The notes below the pieces were generated by a model. That model was not told where the DNA came from. It saw only the letters and a list, made by a program, of their open reading frames with translations, and ran no database searches. A stretch of DNA of 64,000 nt, from the NCBI RefSeq assembly GCF_018350175.1, contig NC_058383.1, positions 26,724,001 to 26,788,000 on the forward strand, read 5' to 3'. This DNA is from Felis catus (taxonomy: Eukaryota). Position numbers and translations under genes: made by a program. This document shows, piece after piece, positions 26,255-38,430 of the stretch; the first letter of the stretch is position 1, and every line of letters begins with the position of its first letter.

Positions 26255-26810
26255 AGTATATTAATGATCTATTGCTACATGGCAATTACACCCAGATTTA
26301 GCAGCTTAAAACAACATACTTTTGTCATCTCACCATTTCCATCATCAGGAACCTGGGGGCCGCTTGGCCGCCTCCCCTGCTTCCCCCCCGGCATGCCACA
26401 TCCAAAGTGTCAGCCAGGCTGGGGTTTCATCTCAAGGTTCAAGTGGGGGAAGGATCCACAGCTCTTGTAGTTGTTGGCAGGATTCAATTCCTCAAGGGTC
26501 ATCGGACTGAGGGCTTCAGTTCTCTGCTGGCTTTTGACTAGAGGCCCACTTGCCATGTGGGCATCTCCACTGTGGCAACTCACTTCTTCAAAGCACAAAG
26601 ACCAAGAAGGCAAGAGAGTCTGCTAGCAATGTGGCCGACACAGTCCCCTGTAACAAATTATGGAAGTGACATCCCATCACTGTTCTGCCATATTCTGTTG
26701 CTTAGAAATAAGTCACAGGTCTTGCCCATACCAAAAGAGAGGGGATTCCAAAAGGACATGAAAACCAAGAGGTGGGGGTGATTGGGGGACATTTCAGAGT
26801 CTGCCTGCTA
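26255..26810 (-). mobile_element. MLT1-like solo LTR
   Basis: tttagcagcttaaaacaaca...gccatattctgttgcttagaaataagtcac. Confidence 0.75.
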
Positions 26811-26994
26811 GAAGGAGGGAGCAATAGTGATGTCAGCCTGCAGCAAGAGCAAGACCTTTCATGTCAGGAAGTTCTCTGAAGCTGTATTTACTGTAACGGA
26901 TGAGTGATGGTGAGAGTATAGCAACTGGGAATCAGTAAATCTACCTGGGTGTTCTGGGTGGACTTTGCAGATTGGGTCTCTGAAAGGGGTTTTA

Positions 26995-27435
26995 TTTTAT
27001 TTATTTATTTTTTTTAATATATGAAGTTTATTGTCAAATTGGTTTCCATACAACACCCAGTGCTCATCCCAAAAGGTGCCCTCCTCAATACCCATCACCC
27101 ACCCTCCCCTCCCTCCCACCCCCCATCAACCCTCCGTTTGTTCTCAGTTTTCAAGAGTCTCTTATGCTTTGGCTCTCTCCCACTCTAACCTCTTTTTTTT
27201 TTTCCTTCCCCTCCCCCATGGGTTTCTGTTAAGTTTCTCAGGATCCACATAAGAGTGAAACCATATGGTATCTGTCTTTCTCTGTATGGCTTATTTCACT
27301 TAGCATCACACTCTCCAGTTCCATCCACGTTGCTACAAAGGGCCATATTTCGTTCTTTCTCATTGCTACGTAGTATTCTATTGTGTATATAAACTACAAT
27401 TTCTTTATCCATTCATCAGTTGATGGACATTTAGG
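26995..27435 (-). mobile_element. Young felid L1 3' end (5'-truncated)
   Basis: tttattgtcaaattggtttccatacaacacccagtgctcatccc; perfect 17-bp TSD ctctgaaaggggtttta at 26978-26994 and 27436-27452. Confidence 0.93.
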
Positions 27436-27452
27436 CTCTGAAAGGGGTTTTA

Positions 27453-28185
27453 AAAATGGATAAGGAAGATGTGAGGCATATATATATATATATGATGGAA
27501 TATTACTCAGCCATAAAAAAGAATGATATATGGCCATTTGTAATGACATGGATGGAGCTAGAGAATATTATGCTAAGTGGAATAGGTCAGAGAAAGACAA
27601 ATACCCTATGATTTCACTCATATGTGGACTATAAAAAACAAAACAAACAAGGAAAGAGGGAAAAAGAGAACGGCAAACCAAGAAACAGACTCTTTCTTAG
27701 AATTTTTTAATGTTTATTTATTTTTGAGAGAGAGAAAAAGAGAGATAGAGATAGAGATAGAGATAGAGAGAAAGAGAGAGAGAGAGAGAAAGACAGCATG
27801 AGCAGGAGAGGGGCAGAGAGAGAGAGACACACACACAGAATCCGAAGCAGGCTCCAGGCTCTGAGCTGTCAGCACAGAGCCTGACGTGGGGCTTGAACTC
27901 ACAAGCTGTGAGATCATGACCTGAGAGGGCATCAGATGCTTAACTGACTGAGCCACCCAGGTGTCCTAAGAAATAGACTCTTACCTATAGAGACCAAACT
28001 GATAGTTATGAGAGGGGAGGTGGTTGAGGGGATGGGTGAAGTAGGTGATGGGGATTAAAAGTACACTTATCATGATTAATCGCTGAGCAATGTTTGGAAG
28101 TGTTGAATCACTGCACTGTACCCCTGAAACTAATATTCCACAGTCTGTTAACTAACTAGAATTTAAATAAACACTTAAAAAAGAA
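27453..28185 (+). mobile_element. Carnivore L1 3' end split by SINE
   Basis: ggaatattactcagccataaaaaagaatga...tgtacccctgaaactaatat. Confidence 0.88.
27702..27966 (-). mobile_element. Feliform CAN-SINE
   Basis: TSD aagaaa(c/t)agactctt; (GAGATA)n. Confidence 0.92.
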
Positions 28186-28221
28186 AATCACTAGTGTCCA
28201 TAAGCAAGTGCAAATAAAATG

Positions 28222-28480
28222 TTTTTTTATTTAACTTTATTTTTTATTTTTAAAAATTTACATCCGAATAGTTAGTATATAGTGAAGCAATGATTTCAGT
28301 AGATTCCTTAGTGCTCCTTACCCATTTAGCCCATCCCCCCTCCCACAACCCTTCCAGCAACCCTCAGTTTGTTCTCCATGTTTATGAGTCGCTTTTGTTT
28401 TGTCCCCCTCCCTGTTTTTATATTATTTTTGTTTCCCTTCCCTTAGGTTCATCTGTTTTGTCTCTTAAAGTCCTCATATG
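28222..28480 (-). mobile_element. Short carnivore L1 3' end
   Basis: tgatttcagtagattcc...ccagcaaccctcagtttgttctc. Confidence 0.8.
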
Positions 28481-29520
28481 AAATATAACATATTGAAAGA
28501 AAAATACACGACCCATAAGTGTTTAGCTCAATATTTTCACAATGTGAACACACTTGAATAGCCAACACCCCCAAAGCACTGTTGTGTCCCCTTCTTTCCA
28601 AAAGTAATTTCCATACTGAGTTCTAATACCACAGATGAGTTTTTGCCACTTAAGAAGATATAAATGGAATCAAGCAATGTGAGATTCATTTAAGTAATTG
28701 CATGGAGCTATAGTTGGTTGATTTTTATTGCTGAATAGTATTCCATCATGAGAATATACCACCATTTTATTTATTCATTTTATTATTGTTGGGCATTTGT
28801 GGCTATTTCCGGGTTTTGACATTAAAAACAGTGTTGCCATGAACATCTTTGAGCTTGATTTTTGGTTTACATGTGTAGCCAGTTCTGTCGGGTATCATAG
28901 CTAGCAGGAAAATTGCTGGGTCATAAAATAAACATTGTTCAAATTTAGTAGATTCTGCTGAACAGTTTTCTGAAGTGCTTCTATGAATGTAAACTTCCAC
29001 TAGCAGTGGATGGGAATTCTAGTTGCTCTGAATTGTCAACAACACTTGATACTGTTTGTCTCTTTTCATGCCCTCATTACTGTCTTAATTTCTACCATTA
29101 CAATAAGTCTTAATACCTAGTATAGTATGCCCTTCTACCTCATTGCTCTTTAAGATTGTCTTGGCTAGTCTTTTACATATACGTTTCAAAATTAGCTGCT
29201 CAATTTCCATAAAAACTTCAACTGGAGATTCGATGGAGATTGTGTTAAAGAACTATAGATCAGTTTGCAGAGAATTGACTTTATTACAGTATAGAGCCCT
29301 CCAATCCGTGACCATTGTTTATCCCTCCGTGTAGCTGTTGTAGGTATTTTAAAATTATTATCAGTGATATTTTAGAGACTTCCATTATCAGTTTTACACA
29401 TCTTTTGCTAGGTTTATTCCTAGGTTTTTGATATTTTAAAATTTTATTGTAAATAGACTGTTTTATTGTCTAAATGTGTGCTAGTATATAAAAACATATT
29501 AGATGATTTTCTATTTATCT
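28481..29520 (-). mobile_element. Old L1M fragments
   Basis: ttattgctgaatagtattccat; aattgctgggtcata; ttttgctaggtttattcctagg. Confidence 0.7.
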
Positions 29521-29571
29521 CGATGGGCCAGGTTTTTAGAAAACTACTTTCTAAAATGTTTATTTATTTAG

Positions 29572-29781
29572 GGGCACCTGGATGGCCTAGTCTGTTAAAC
29601 ATCCGACTTTGGCTCAGATCATGATCTTGCAGTTCGTGAGTTCGAGCCCCACGTCAGTCTCTGTGTTGACAGCTTGGAGCCTGGATCCTGCTTCAGATTC
29701 TGTGTGTCTCTCTCTCTGCCCCTCCCCAACTCGTGCTCTGTTTCTCTTTCTGTCTCAAAAGTAAATAAACATTAAAAAAAT
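29572..29781 (+). mobile_element. Feliform CAN-SINE
   Basis: TSD aaatgtttatttattt; sits in tail of the adjacent minus SINE. Confidence 0.9.
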
Positions 29782-29784
29782 TGT

Positions 29785-29805
29785 AAATGTTTATTTATTT
29801 ATTTT

Positions 29806-29857
<52 letters not shown>

Positions 29858-30010
29858 GGGCAGAGACAGAGGGGAGAGGGAATCCTAAGTAGGCTCCACA
29901 TATTAGTGCAGAGCCCCCAGCGTGGGACTCAAACCCACAAACCATGAAATCATGACCTGAGCTGAAGTCAAGAGTCAGATGCTTAACTGACTGAGCTGCC
30001 CAGACACCCC
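29785..30010 (-). mobile_element. CAN-SINE with long (GA)n
   Basis: ends gagctgcccagacacccc. Confidence 0.88.
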
Positions 30011-30549
30011 TTGATGGACGAGGTTTTGAAAGCTTGCTTTTCTCTCGGGAGGCAGGTCAAAGTATGTATGCCGGTGTGCTCCCTGAGCCTCCCAGATGCA
30101 CTGCACGTGGGATGCAGGGTTGCTATATTGTACAACTCCAGGGGGCAGTATCCACACTGCAGTCCAGGGAGGCAACAGTTACATAAAGCAGCGTGTGATT
30201 TCTGCCCTATGCATTGTAGAACCCTGACTACCCTGTCTGAAGTATCTGAAAGGTGGCAGACATTGATAGAATTACCCTTCTCTGGACTGGAAAATGCCTG
30301 CCTTTAATGACTAGTCTATTTCTCACTAAAAGGAAAGACTTTCCCTCCTTTGAGAAATGAAACAGCATCACCATATGAGTGAGATCCCCCCTCCCCTTCT
30401 CCATAGCCTAACTCTTCACATTAAGTTTTATAGCCAATTACACTTCTCTCACCTCTGGGATCCAAAGCTAACAAGTTGATTCTTGACTTAGCGGGGAAGA
30501 ATGGGAAGCCAATATTATGAAGGATGAGGAAGTGGGACGTGATCTGGAT

Positions 30550-30785
30550 AGGGCTGCTACATGCAGCTGTACAGTTTGTGCACTGCACAAAGGCCACTGG
30601 CTATAGGGATGAGTTTGTAGGAAGAGGGCTTAAATGCAGTTCTTCTCTGGTCATCAAGCTGTGTGCCCTGGTTTGGGGCTGCATCCATTCTCAGGGGATA
30701 TTTTCTCCTGATTTACCTGCCCTCTTGAGGCATCTTTTTCTGTTTGTACAAAGCCATCTTCTAGGCTAATGGATACCCTAGTCTA
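30550..30785. mobile_element. MER91-like hAT-Tip100 element
   Basis: agggctgctacatgcagctgtacagtttgtgcactgcacaaagg. Confidence 0.6.
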
Positions 30786-31924
30786 GGCCTTGAAGGTTGG
30801 CCCATCTCTAAGTTGACCATCAGTGGCTACATTTATCAGCTTCTCTTGGCACAGATTAGCGGTGTTGGCCAGCATGCTGACAAAATATTTCTGGAGAACT
30901 CCATGCCCTCTTCTACCCTTTCTGTTCGCCTTTTATTGATTCTTCTCTCCTGCCTTTCTAAGTCTGAGCCAGAAACCCTCCTGTTATTAAAAGCAGTCCC
31001 AGTTGCCCATACCTTTCATTTCCTTTGAATTACATTAATTGCCTGACAGCTAAAAAGTGAGCTGGTATTTTCAGATTTCAGCTGCTGGTCGGCAAGAAAT
31101 ATTTACCAGCTCCTGCAGATTTATAAAGATGCCACAGAGATGCCTGGAGACTAACAATCAGAAAATACAGCAGCAAAACAACACTATTTTTCAAGGTTAA
31201 ACGCTCAGAATGCTAAAAAGAAATTGTCCATAAAGCAAAATAGGGATTCAGAAGCAGGCAGCCTGTACCCTGGACAAAAGAAAGGAGCCGGAGGTTTAAA
31301 ATAAGATTTCACAGCTTCACAATAATTATGAATTTAATAAGGGGAGCTTTATTTTTAATTTAGTTCCAGTCTGGCAGCCCATCTCCTCCCTGCCTCCCCC
31401 TCTCCATGGCATTAATGCTCTTTAATGTGGCCCTAAGGCTGAGGTCACAGTGAGAGTGAGGAAAGGCCTCCAGCTGTAAGACTTTCTGACGAAGAAGTAT
31501 TTAGACAGATGATGTTCCTGCCCCTCTGTAGGCAGATGGGACTAACTCCCACTGGCTTTATTCCCTCCTGGCAGTCAGAAATGTCTCTAGCTATGTAGGA
31601 ACAGGAGGTTCTGAAAATTCCGACACAGGAAGATTTTTTTCCCCTGATAGGACCCCAGGCTTTGTCTCCTGTTCTCCATGAGCAGAGTAATAAAACAGCT
31701 CAGGCCACCAAAAATGGTCATGGACCCCCAGGGCAATACTGCTTCAATGCTTACTTACACCCCAAATGGGGTGATTTACATGTGGCTGGTGAAAGGGCCA
31801 CAGACTTCCAAAAAATGCTTTTTGATAGACTACCTGTTAGTGTTATCTGTTTTCAGGGCCAGACATACTGATTTGTTTCCTGTTCATTCATTCATTCATT
31901 CGGCAAATATTTATTGAGGTCCTT

Positions 31925-32545
31925 TTTTTTTGAGCTGCTCTTTTTTATACAGGTTAAATTGAATGAATTTAACACACAGTGAATCAATCTAAAGTGAACA
32001 TATCAGTGGCATTTGGTGCATTCACAGTGTTGTGCAACCATCCCTTCTGTCTATTTCCAAGACATTTCATTATCCCCAATAAAAATCCATATCCAGTAAA
32101 TAATTACTACCTCCAGCTTCTGGTAACTACCAATTTGCTTCCTGTCTCTATGGATATATCTATTCTGGATATTTCATATAAATGAGATCATACGATATGA
32201 GACCTTTGTGTCTGGTTTCTCACACTTAGCATAAAATTTTCGAGGTTCATCTACTGTGTAACATGTATCAATTCTCCATTCTTTTTCATGGCCCAGTAGT
32301 ATTCCATTTAATGTATTTCTGCAACTTGTTTATTCACTCATCTGTTGATGGACATTTGAGTTGTTTCCACCTTTGGGGCTATTTTGAATAGTGCTGCTAT
32401 GAACATTCATGTACCATTTGTTCGAGTGTCCATTTTCAGTTCTTCGGGGAATGGAATTGCTGGGTCATTGGGTCATTCTATGTTTAGTTTGTTAAGAAAC
32501 TGCTAAAGAGCTTTCCACAGGGTCACACCATTTTACATTCTCATT
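31925..32545 (-). mobile_element. L1MB-like 3' end
   Basis: cagtggcatttggtgcattcacagtgttgtgcaaccatc; gttgatggacatttgagttgtttccacc. Confidence 0.88.
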
Positions 32546-32750
32546 TCAAATGCTCTTTTACATGCTTGGATACATCAATGGATAGAATTGGCCCTTACAT
32601 TCTAGTGAGGGGAGGTAGACAATAAAGCATAAACATAATAAATAAATATGTACAATGTAGAAGGTAATCTGTTCTAGGCATAAAAGAAAAAGTAAAGCAG
32701 GGTAAGGGGGACTGGAAGTGTCATGGAGCAGTGGACAGTGGGTTATAATT

Positions 32751-32759
<9 letters not shown>

Positions 32760-32794
<35 letters not shown>

Positions 32795-33990
32795 TGTTTT
32801 GGATAGTGTTTATTTCTTCAAATTTATTTATCAGGAGTGACTGAAATAAAAAATATAATTGAGTCCCGTCATCGTGGAAATAGCTTTAAGAGAAAACTGG
32901 TCAGATGAACATTATTGCTTCCCATTTTCAACCAGTCAATAGTTGCCGTTGATAAATAGCCAACAGTCTGTCAAGAATGCTCAAGATGTTTTATATAATA
33001 CAACATGCCTGTTCACAGGGGAAGAAACTAGGAAATAACTTATGTGAACTTCTTGATTTCATCATACAAGACAAGCACGAAGGCACCACCCATGCCTCTG
33101 AGAACATTGGACCACGCCCCCTTGAAAAAAGCTTTGGCCCCTTCGTTAGGAGCAATCTTCCTCCAGCAGTCAAGCATGCGTGTGTACATGATGTCGGTTC
33201 CTTTGCGCCCCGGCTGCGTCATCATTCGGCGACGAACAGTGTCAAAGGGATAGGAAGTCAACCCGGCAACCGCTGTGAGGGACTGTGCGATCATCCAACT
33301 GATGTAGATGTGAGTGTTCTTGGGATCCGGAAGCATGCCCTTTGCAGTATCATAGATACCGAAGTAGGCAGCTCGGTAGATGATAATGCCCTGCACAGAC
33401 ACATTAAAGCCTCGGTACAGGCCCTTAATCCCATCAGATTTGTAGATCTTAACCAGGCCTCGGAATTCCCTTTCTGGTCCAGCCTTGCCCACATCGGCTG
33501 CTAGACAGGTACGGGCAAAATCCAGAGGATACACAAAACACAAGGATGTGGCCCCAGCGGCGCCACCCGATGCCAGATTCCCTGCAAAGTAGCGCCAAAA
33601 CTGGGTTCTCTTGTCCACGCCACCCAGGAAGATCTTGTATTTATCTTTGAAGGAGAAGTTGAGGGCCTGGGTGGGGAAGTATCTGATGACATTGGCCAGG
33701 TTACCGCGCCAGAAGGACAGGACTCCCTGCTCCCGGGGGATACGAACCACGCAGTCTATAATGCCCTTGTATTGCTTATCTGCGGTGATTTGCTTGCTGG
33801 CATGCTGCACCTGCAGCAGCAGCTTGACCCGCTCGATGGGCGCTACCGTGGTCTTGGAGATGGCCACCACCACTCCACACACCAGGGAGTCCTTGGCGAA
33901 GGACACAGCAGCATCTGTCATTTTGAAAGGAAAGAGGAGCCAGGCGACTGCGGGACTGCGGTAGGAACCGGCTGGGACTCCGGGACTGCC
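32760..33990 (-). other. SLC25A5: Full extent of SLC25A5 mRNA retrocopy (5'UTR, CDS, 3'UTR, degenerate poly(A))
   Basis: GC-rich 5'UTR at 33922-33990, AATAAA on the minus strand at 32809-32814 and 32823-32828, (ATTT)n tail at ~32751-32792, and candidate TSD attttatttatt at 32748-32759 and 33992-34003. Confidence 0.88.
33040..33921 (-). pseudogene. SLC25A5: Processed (intronless) retrocopy of SLC25A5/ANT2 ADP/ATP translocase 2; open 293-aa frame
   Basis: Translation [11 protein letters not shown]...[30 protein letters not shown]...YDEIKKFT matches ANT2 (MTDAAVSF start, DKRTQFW). It has no introns, has two in-frame deletions (Q97 and GDCL) and reads RRRMMT for RRRMMM. It is a retrocopy, not the parental locus. 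Confidence 0.95.
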
Positions 33991-34127
33991 TATTTTATTT
34001 ATTGTTTAAGTAGGCTTCACGCCCAGCATGGAGACCAATGTAGGGTTTGAACTCACAACCTTGAGATCAAGGCCTGAGCTGAGATCAAGAGTTGGACACT
34101 TAACAGACTAAGACAACCAGGCACCCC
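33991..34127 (-). mobile_element. Short CAN-SINE whose A-tail hosts the retrocopy
   Basis: tRNA-derived head ggggtgcctgg...gagttcaaaccc on the minus strand; TSD tgggttat(a/c)atttta at 32739-32753 and 34129-34143. Confidence 0.85.
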
Positions 34128-35137
34128 ATGGGTTATCATTTTAAATAGGATGCTCATGACAGTCTTCCCTGAGAAGGGGAGAATGGAACAAAGACTTGAA
34201 GGAAGTGAAAGAACAAGTCAAGTGGATATGTGAGGGAAGAATATCACAGGCAGAGGGAACAGTTAATACAGAGACGCTGGAGTACCTGGCTTATTTGAGG
34301 AGGAACAAGGATGGCAGTGTGGCTGGAACAGAGTAGGCAGGGCCTGAGAAGAGGGGTAAGAGAAGAGGTCAGAAAGGTAATAGGTGACAAGATCGTGTGG
34401 AAGCTCACAGGCCATTTTAAGGACTTTGATTTTGAACTGAACGCAATAAGAAGCTATGGGAGGGTTTTAACCAGAGCACTAATGTTTGAAGAGGAGGCGT
34501 TGAAATAGTCCAGGTGAGAGATGTTGGTGGATCATATACCAGAATGAGAACAGTGGGGGTGGAAAGAAGTGGTCCTGTTTGGGTTATGGTTTTAAGATGG
34601 AGCCAGTGACATTTCTTTATGAATTGGATGAGGGTTGTGTGTGGGAGTGACAAGAGTCATGGATAACTGAAATGTTTGGCATCAGCAACTGAAGGAAGGG
34701 ATTGTTGTCATCTGGAATGGGACAGGCTATGGATGGAATAGGGTTTGGGGGAGAAGATCAGTTTTGGACATACTATGTTTGAGATGCTTCATCAACACTA
34801 GATGTCTACTAAATTTTAGGATTTGGAGTTTGTATTGGAAGACAGAGCTGAAAGAGAAGGGTTGGAATGGCCAAAATTTAGCATGGAAGCACCTCTAGAT
34901 AGAGGTAGTAGCTTGCTCCACTGTGATTTCAGGGAGAGCCCTTTATAAGGGGTCCAGAGAAATTTCTGCAGCAGCTAGTTATGCCTGATGAAAATAATGA
35001 GTGGTAGAGATGGTGACAAAATGAACATAGGTCATATCTAAAGGGGATTCAGTTTCAGCTAATTTTTTCCATGTGAGAATCCAGGCTTAGTGTTTTTAGG
35101 GCTTATTTTTCAAGGAAAACTGAAAGTTTGGATTCTT

Positions 35138-35355
35138 TTTTTTTTAATTTTTAAAAATATTTATTTATTTTTGAGACAGAGAAAGACAGAGCATGAACAG
35201 GGGAGGGTCAGAGAAAAGGCGACACAGAATCTGAAGCAGGCTCCAGGCTCAGAGCTGTCAGCACAGAGCCCGATGGAGGGCTCGAACTCACGGACTGTGA
35301 GATCATGACCTGAGCCGAAGTCGGATGCTCAACCAACTGAGCCACCCAGGCACCC
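35138..35355 (-). mobile_element. Feliform CAN-SINE
   Basis: TSD tgaaagtttggattctt. Confidence 0.93.
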
Positions 35356-35419
35356 CTGAAAGTTTGGATTCTTATGTTAAATCGCCAAATTAAAAAAAAA
35401 AACAACAACTAGGCAACAG

Positions 35420-35725
35420 CTACATAAGACATTGTTTTTGTCTGTTAAAGATACTTGAATATGAACTACATGTTATATGATATTATGGAATTATTATTTA
35501 TTTTCTTGAGTATGATAATGGTTATCATGGATAAATTGGAGAATGTCCTTATTATTAAGAAATTCACACTGAAGTATTCCTGAATGAAGTATTCTGTTGT
35601 CTGCAATTTATTTCCAAGTAGTTCAGAAAAAAAAATGTGTATGTATGTGTTAGGTATATCTGAATAGTAATTATACTATTATTTGAACTTTTCTTTAGAC
35701 TTGAGAATTTTCAAAATAAGAAGTT
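35420..35725 (+). mobile_element. Old L1 3' end
   Basis: gatattatggaattattatt...aattttcaaaataa. Confidence 0.6.
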
Positions 35726-37074
35726 ATGTGAGGTGGAATGGGGGAAAACATAGCCAAGAATGTCTATAGGCAGGAACTGACCTATAGGTGTTGCCAGTTT
35801 TCAACCTATGTCCTAATAAAATATTGTTTTATTGTATTATTTCTGTTATGGAAATAACCTTATTATATATCTGCATTTTATACATCCACAGGACTGTTAG
35901 TGTCCCCAAGGTAGGGAAAGTATCTTCTTCCTTGAATAACCTTGGCCTCACTTAGGTAGGAGGTGTTCAAAAGCAAAATGGTTGTTCCTTGCAATATATG
36001 TACAAATTATGCCCAACCAGAAGAAGAGGAGCTTAGTCACTGTGGATTCCTACAAAATGGTCGGAAAGAGATTCATAATACTGGCTCACAGGAAAGACAG
36101 CATCTTGAAAGTTTGCTGGGAAGAATTTGTTAGATGACACAAAACAGAAATATAAGACACATGCCTTCCTCTGTCTCCTTTACCATCCTCTGTCTGCATA
36201 AATGACTCCTGAAGTCACTTGTAGATCTATGATTTAATTATTCTGAGTTTGGGATCCACCTAATGGGTAAATCCTCCTTGAGGTATTTCTTTTCAGGACC
36301 TGGGACAGCACTCAGCATACGGCTGTCACTCTGGAAATAACTTGAAAGAATGGACAACTTCATCTACTTACGTCCATTGCTAGACAAAGGAGTCTGCATT
36401 TACATCCCATCTATTATTTATTGGGGAGGGGCTTGTGTGAGATTTCCTGTATGAGTTTGGGAAATGCTGAGAGATTTTATTTTTGGTGTTCAATCTTAGG
36501 CGCTTATTCCCCCATGGCCACAGGACTGGTCCATCGTAAGGAATATAAAAAAGCAGTGTTCAGATTTCAAGTTGCTCATAAATCTGCTTCCTGCATTATC
36601 ATTTTTTATCTGCCTACTTTTGTTTCCCCTGAGTTCAAAGGAAGTGCTTTACCTTAGAAATGATTCACTACTTCTGGGCCACCGAGGGCTTTGAAAGCCA
36701 CACAATAGAAGTTCCATTTCAAATCCCCCCATTTATAATCATGGGGGAAAGCTGGGTGTTGTCTTGGGGGTTATCAATGATTTCACAAAACTCAACCTTT
36801 GTTCCTCACGTGTCCATTTTTCAAAAACTTACTACTCAAGTCTCTGAGAGTTGTTGCCCCTGAGGAAACATTTATCTTTGCTTTGACATCTTTTGCACTG
36901 TATCCCTTTTCAGTTCTCCTTTCTAACATGGGATAAATGGCTCTGTGGGTTTTGGAATGAAGAGTTACATCTTGCAGTATGTTTGGGAGTGTGTAGAAAT
37001 CCTGTTTCCCTCCCCCATGCCCTGGGTCAGAAGATGGAGGAATAACCAGTTAAGACAGATGGGATTGAATAATA

Positions 37075-37503
37075 TTACAGGTTGAATCGTGCCCCTCTCA
37101 TTTATATGAACCCCTAACCCCCAGCACTTCAGAAGGTGGTCTTATTTGGAGGTAGGGTCTTTGTATGTGTAATTAGTTAAGATGAGGTCATACTGGAGTA
37201 GGTTGGAATAATCCAGTGTAACTGATGTCCTTATAAAGAGGGGACATTTGGAGACAGACATGCACACAGGGAGAATGCTGTGTAAAGATGAAGGTGGAGA
37301 TCCACTATCAAGGAATGCCAAAGATTTCCAGCAAACTATCAGAAGCTAGGAGAGAGTCATAGAGCAGATTTCAGTGTCAAAGGGAATCTGGCTTGCCTTG
37401 CTGGCACCTGGATCTCAGGCTTCCAGCCTCCAGAACTGTGAGACAACATATTTCTGATGCTTGGGTCACCCAATTTGTGGTCTTGTGTCTCAGCAACCAC
37501 ACA
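37075..37503 (+). mobile_element. MLT1B/C-like solo LTR
   Basis: taattagttaagatgaggtcatactggagtagg...cttccagcctccagaactgtgagacaa. Confidence 0.85.
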
Positions 37504-38224
37504 AAACCAAAGTGGGTGATATGCTTATGACATTCGTCTAAGGGTCTGTATTTGCTTGGAAGGTATAGCATAGCAGCTAAATACTTGGGTTTTTAGGACC
37601 AAACACCTTATGAATTTTTAGTTGGGTAATGTGGGAGAATTACTTAACATTTCTGCACTTCCACTTTCCCAAAAATAAAATGCCAAATAATTTTAGATTT
37701 AGACCTGATAGAACTGTCATGTGGATTAAATGAGATCATGTATTTAGAGCTGTAGGCTAAATATCTGTCACTTAGTAAGCATTTTTATTTTTATGCTTAT
37801 ATTAGTAATAATTGGCAACATACACTCAGTCCAAAAGAGACCTGTACTACCTGGATTTTAAAAAGTTTTCCTTGGACCACACTTCGCCAATGGCTGCACC
37901 TTCCCCTCTTTGACCCCTGCTGTAAAGGCTACTGGTCTGGGGCCCTATGCTATCTCCATCCCCTTTCAGGGATGTAATTTCACTCCATCAAAGAGGGCTT
38001 GTTATAACTGACACACAAGACACACCTGCCATTTAAACAAGTGAAAGTAAGATGGTTCTAGAAACTGGGTGAAAATTTGGAGTCGCTGGTTACCAGCATC
38101 ATGTATTCATTCACATTCAGGCAAGACATATATATTGAAAGTCAGTGGCCTTGGTGCAGAATCGGACTCACAATGGGTTGTTTTGTTGGTCTCCTGTGAG
38201 CAGGGGAAGGGATGCAGCATAATA

Positions 38225-38430
38225 ATCGTTCCAGAACAACTGCCACTTATTGAAACATATGCCAGGTGCTAGACGTTGCCCTAGAACAATTACCCTTTAA
38301 ACTTCTTTAAGGTTAGATAAAATTATTATCCCCATTTTACAGATAAGGATACCGAGGCAGAGAGATTAAGTAACTTGCTCAAGGCCCCATGTAGTTCATG
38401 ACAGAATCAGGATATGAACCCATAGCTCTC
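38225..38430 (-). mobile_element. MIR
   Basis: ccccattttacagataaggataccgaggcagagagattaagtaacttgctcaagg. Confidence 0.85.

Larger units (their letters stand above)
31880..34830 (-). mobile_element. L2 LINE fragment, split by L1 (31925-32545) and the SINE/retrocopy
   Basis: ttcattcattcatt...atttattgag L2 3' end at 31883; typical L2 reverse-strand text resumes at 32545-32740 and 34144-34830. Confidence 0.7.

Noticed and set aside
32977..33504. 175-aa plus-strand ORF
   Set aside because: Antisense shadow of the SLC25A5 coding sequence; no independent gene evidence
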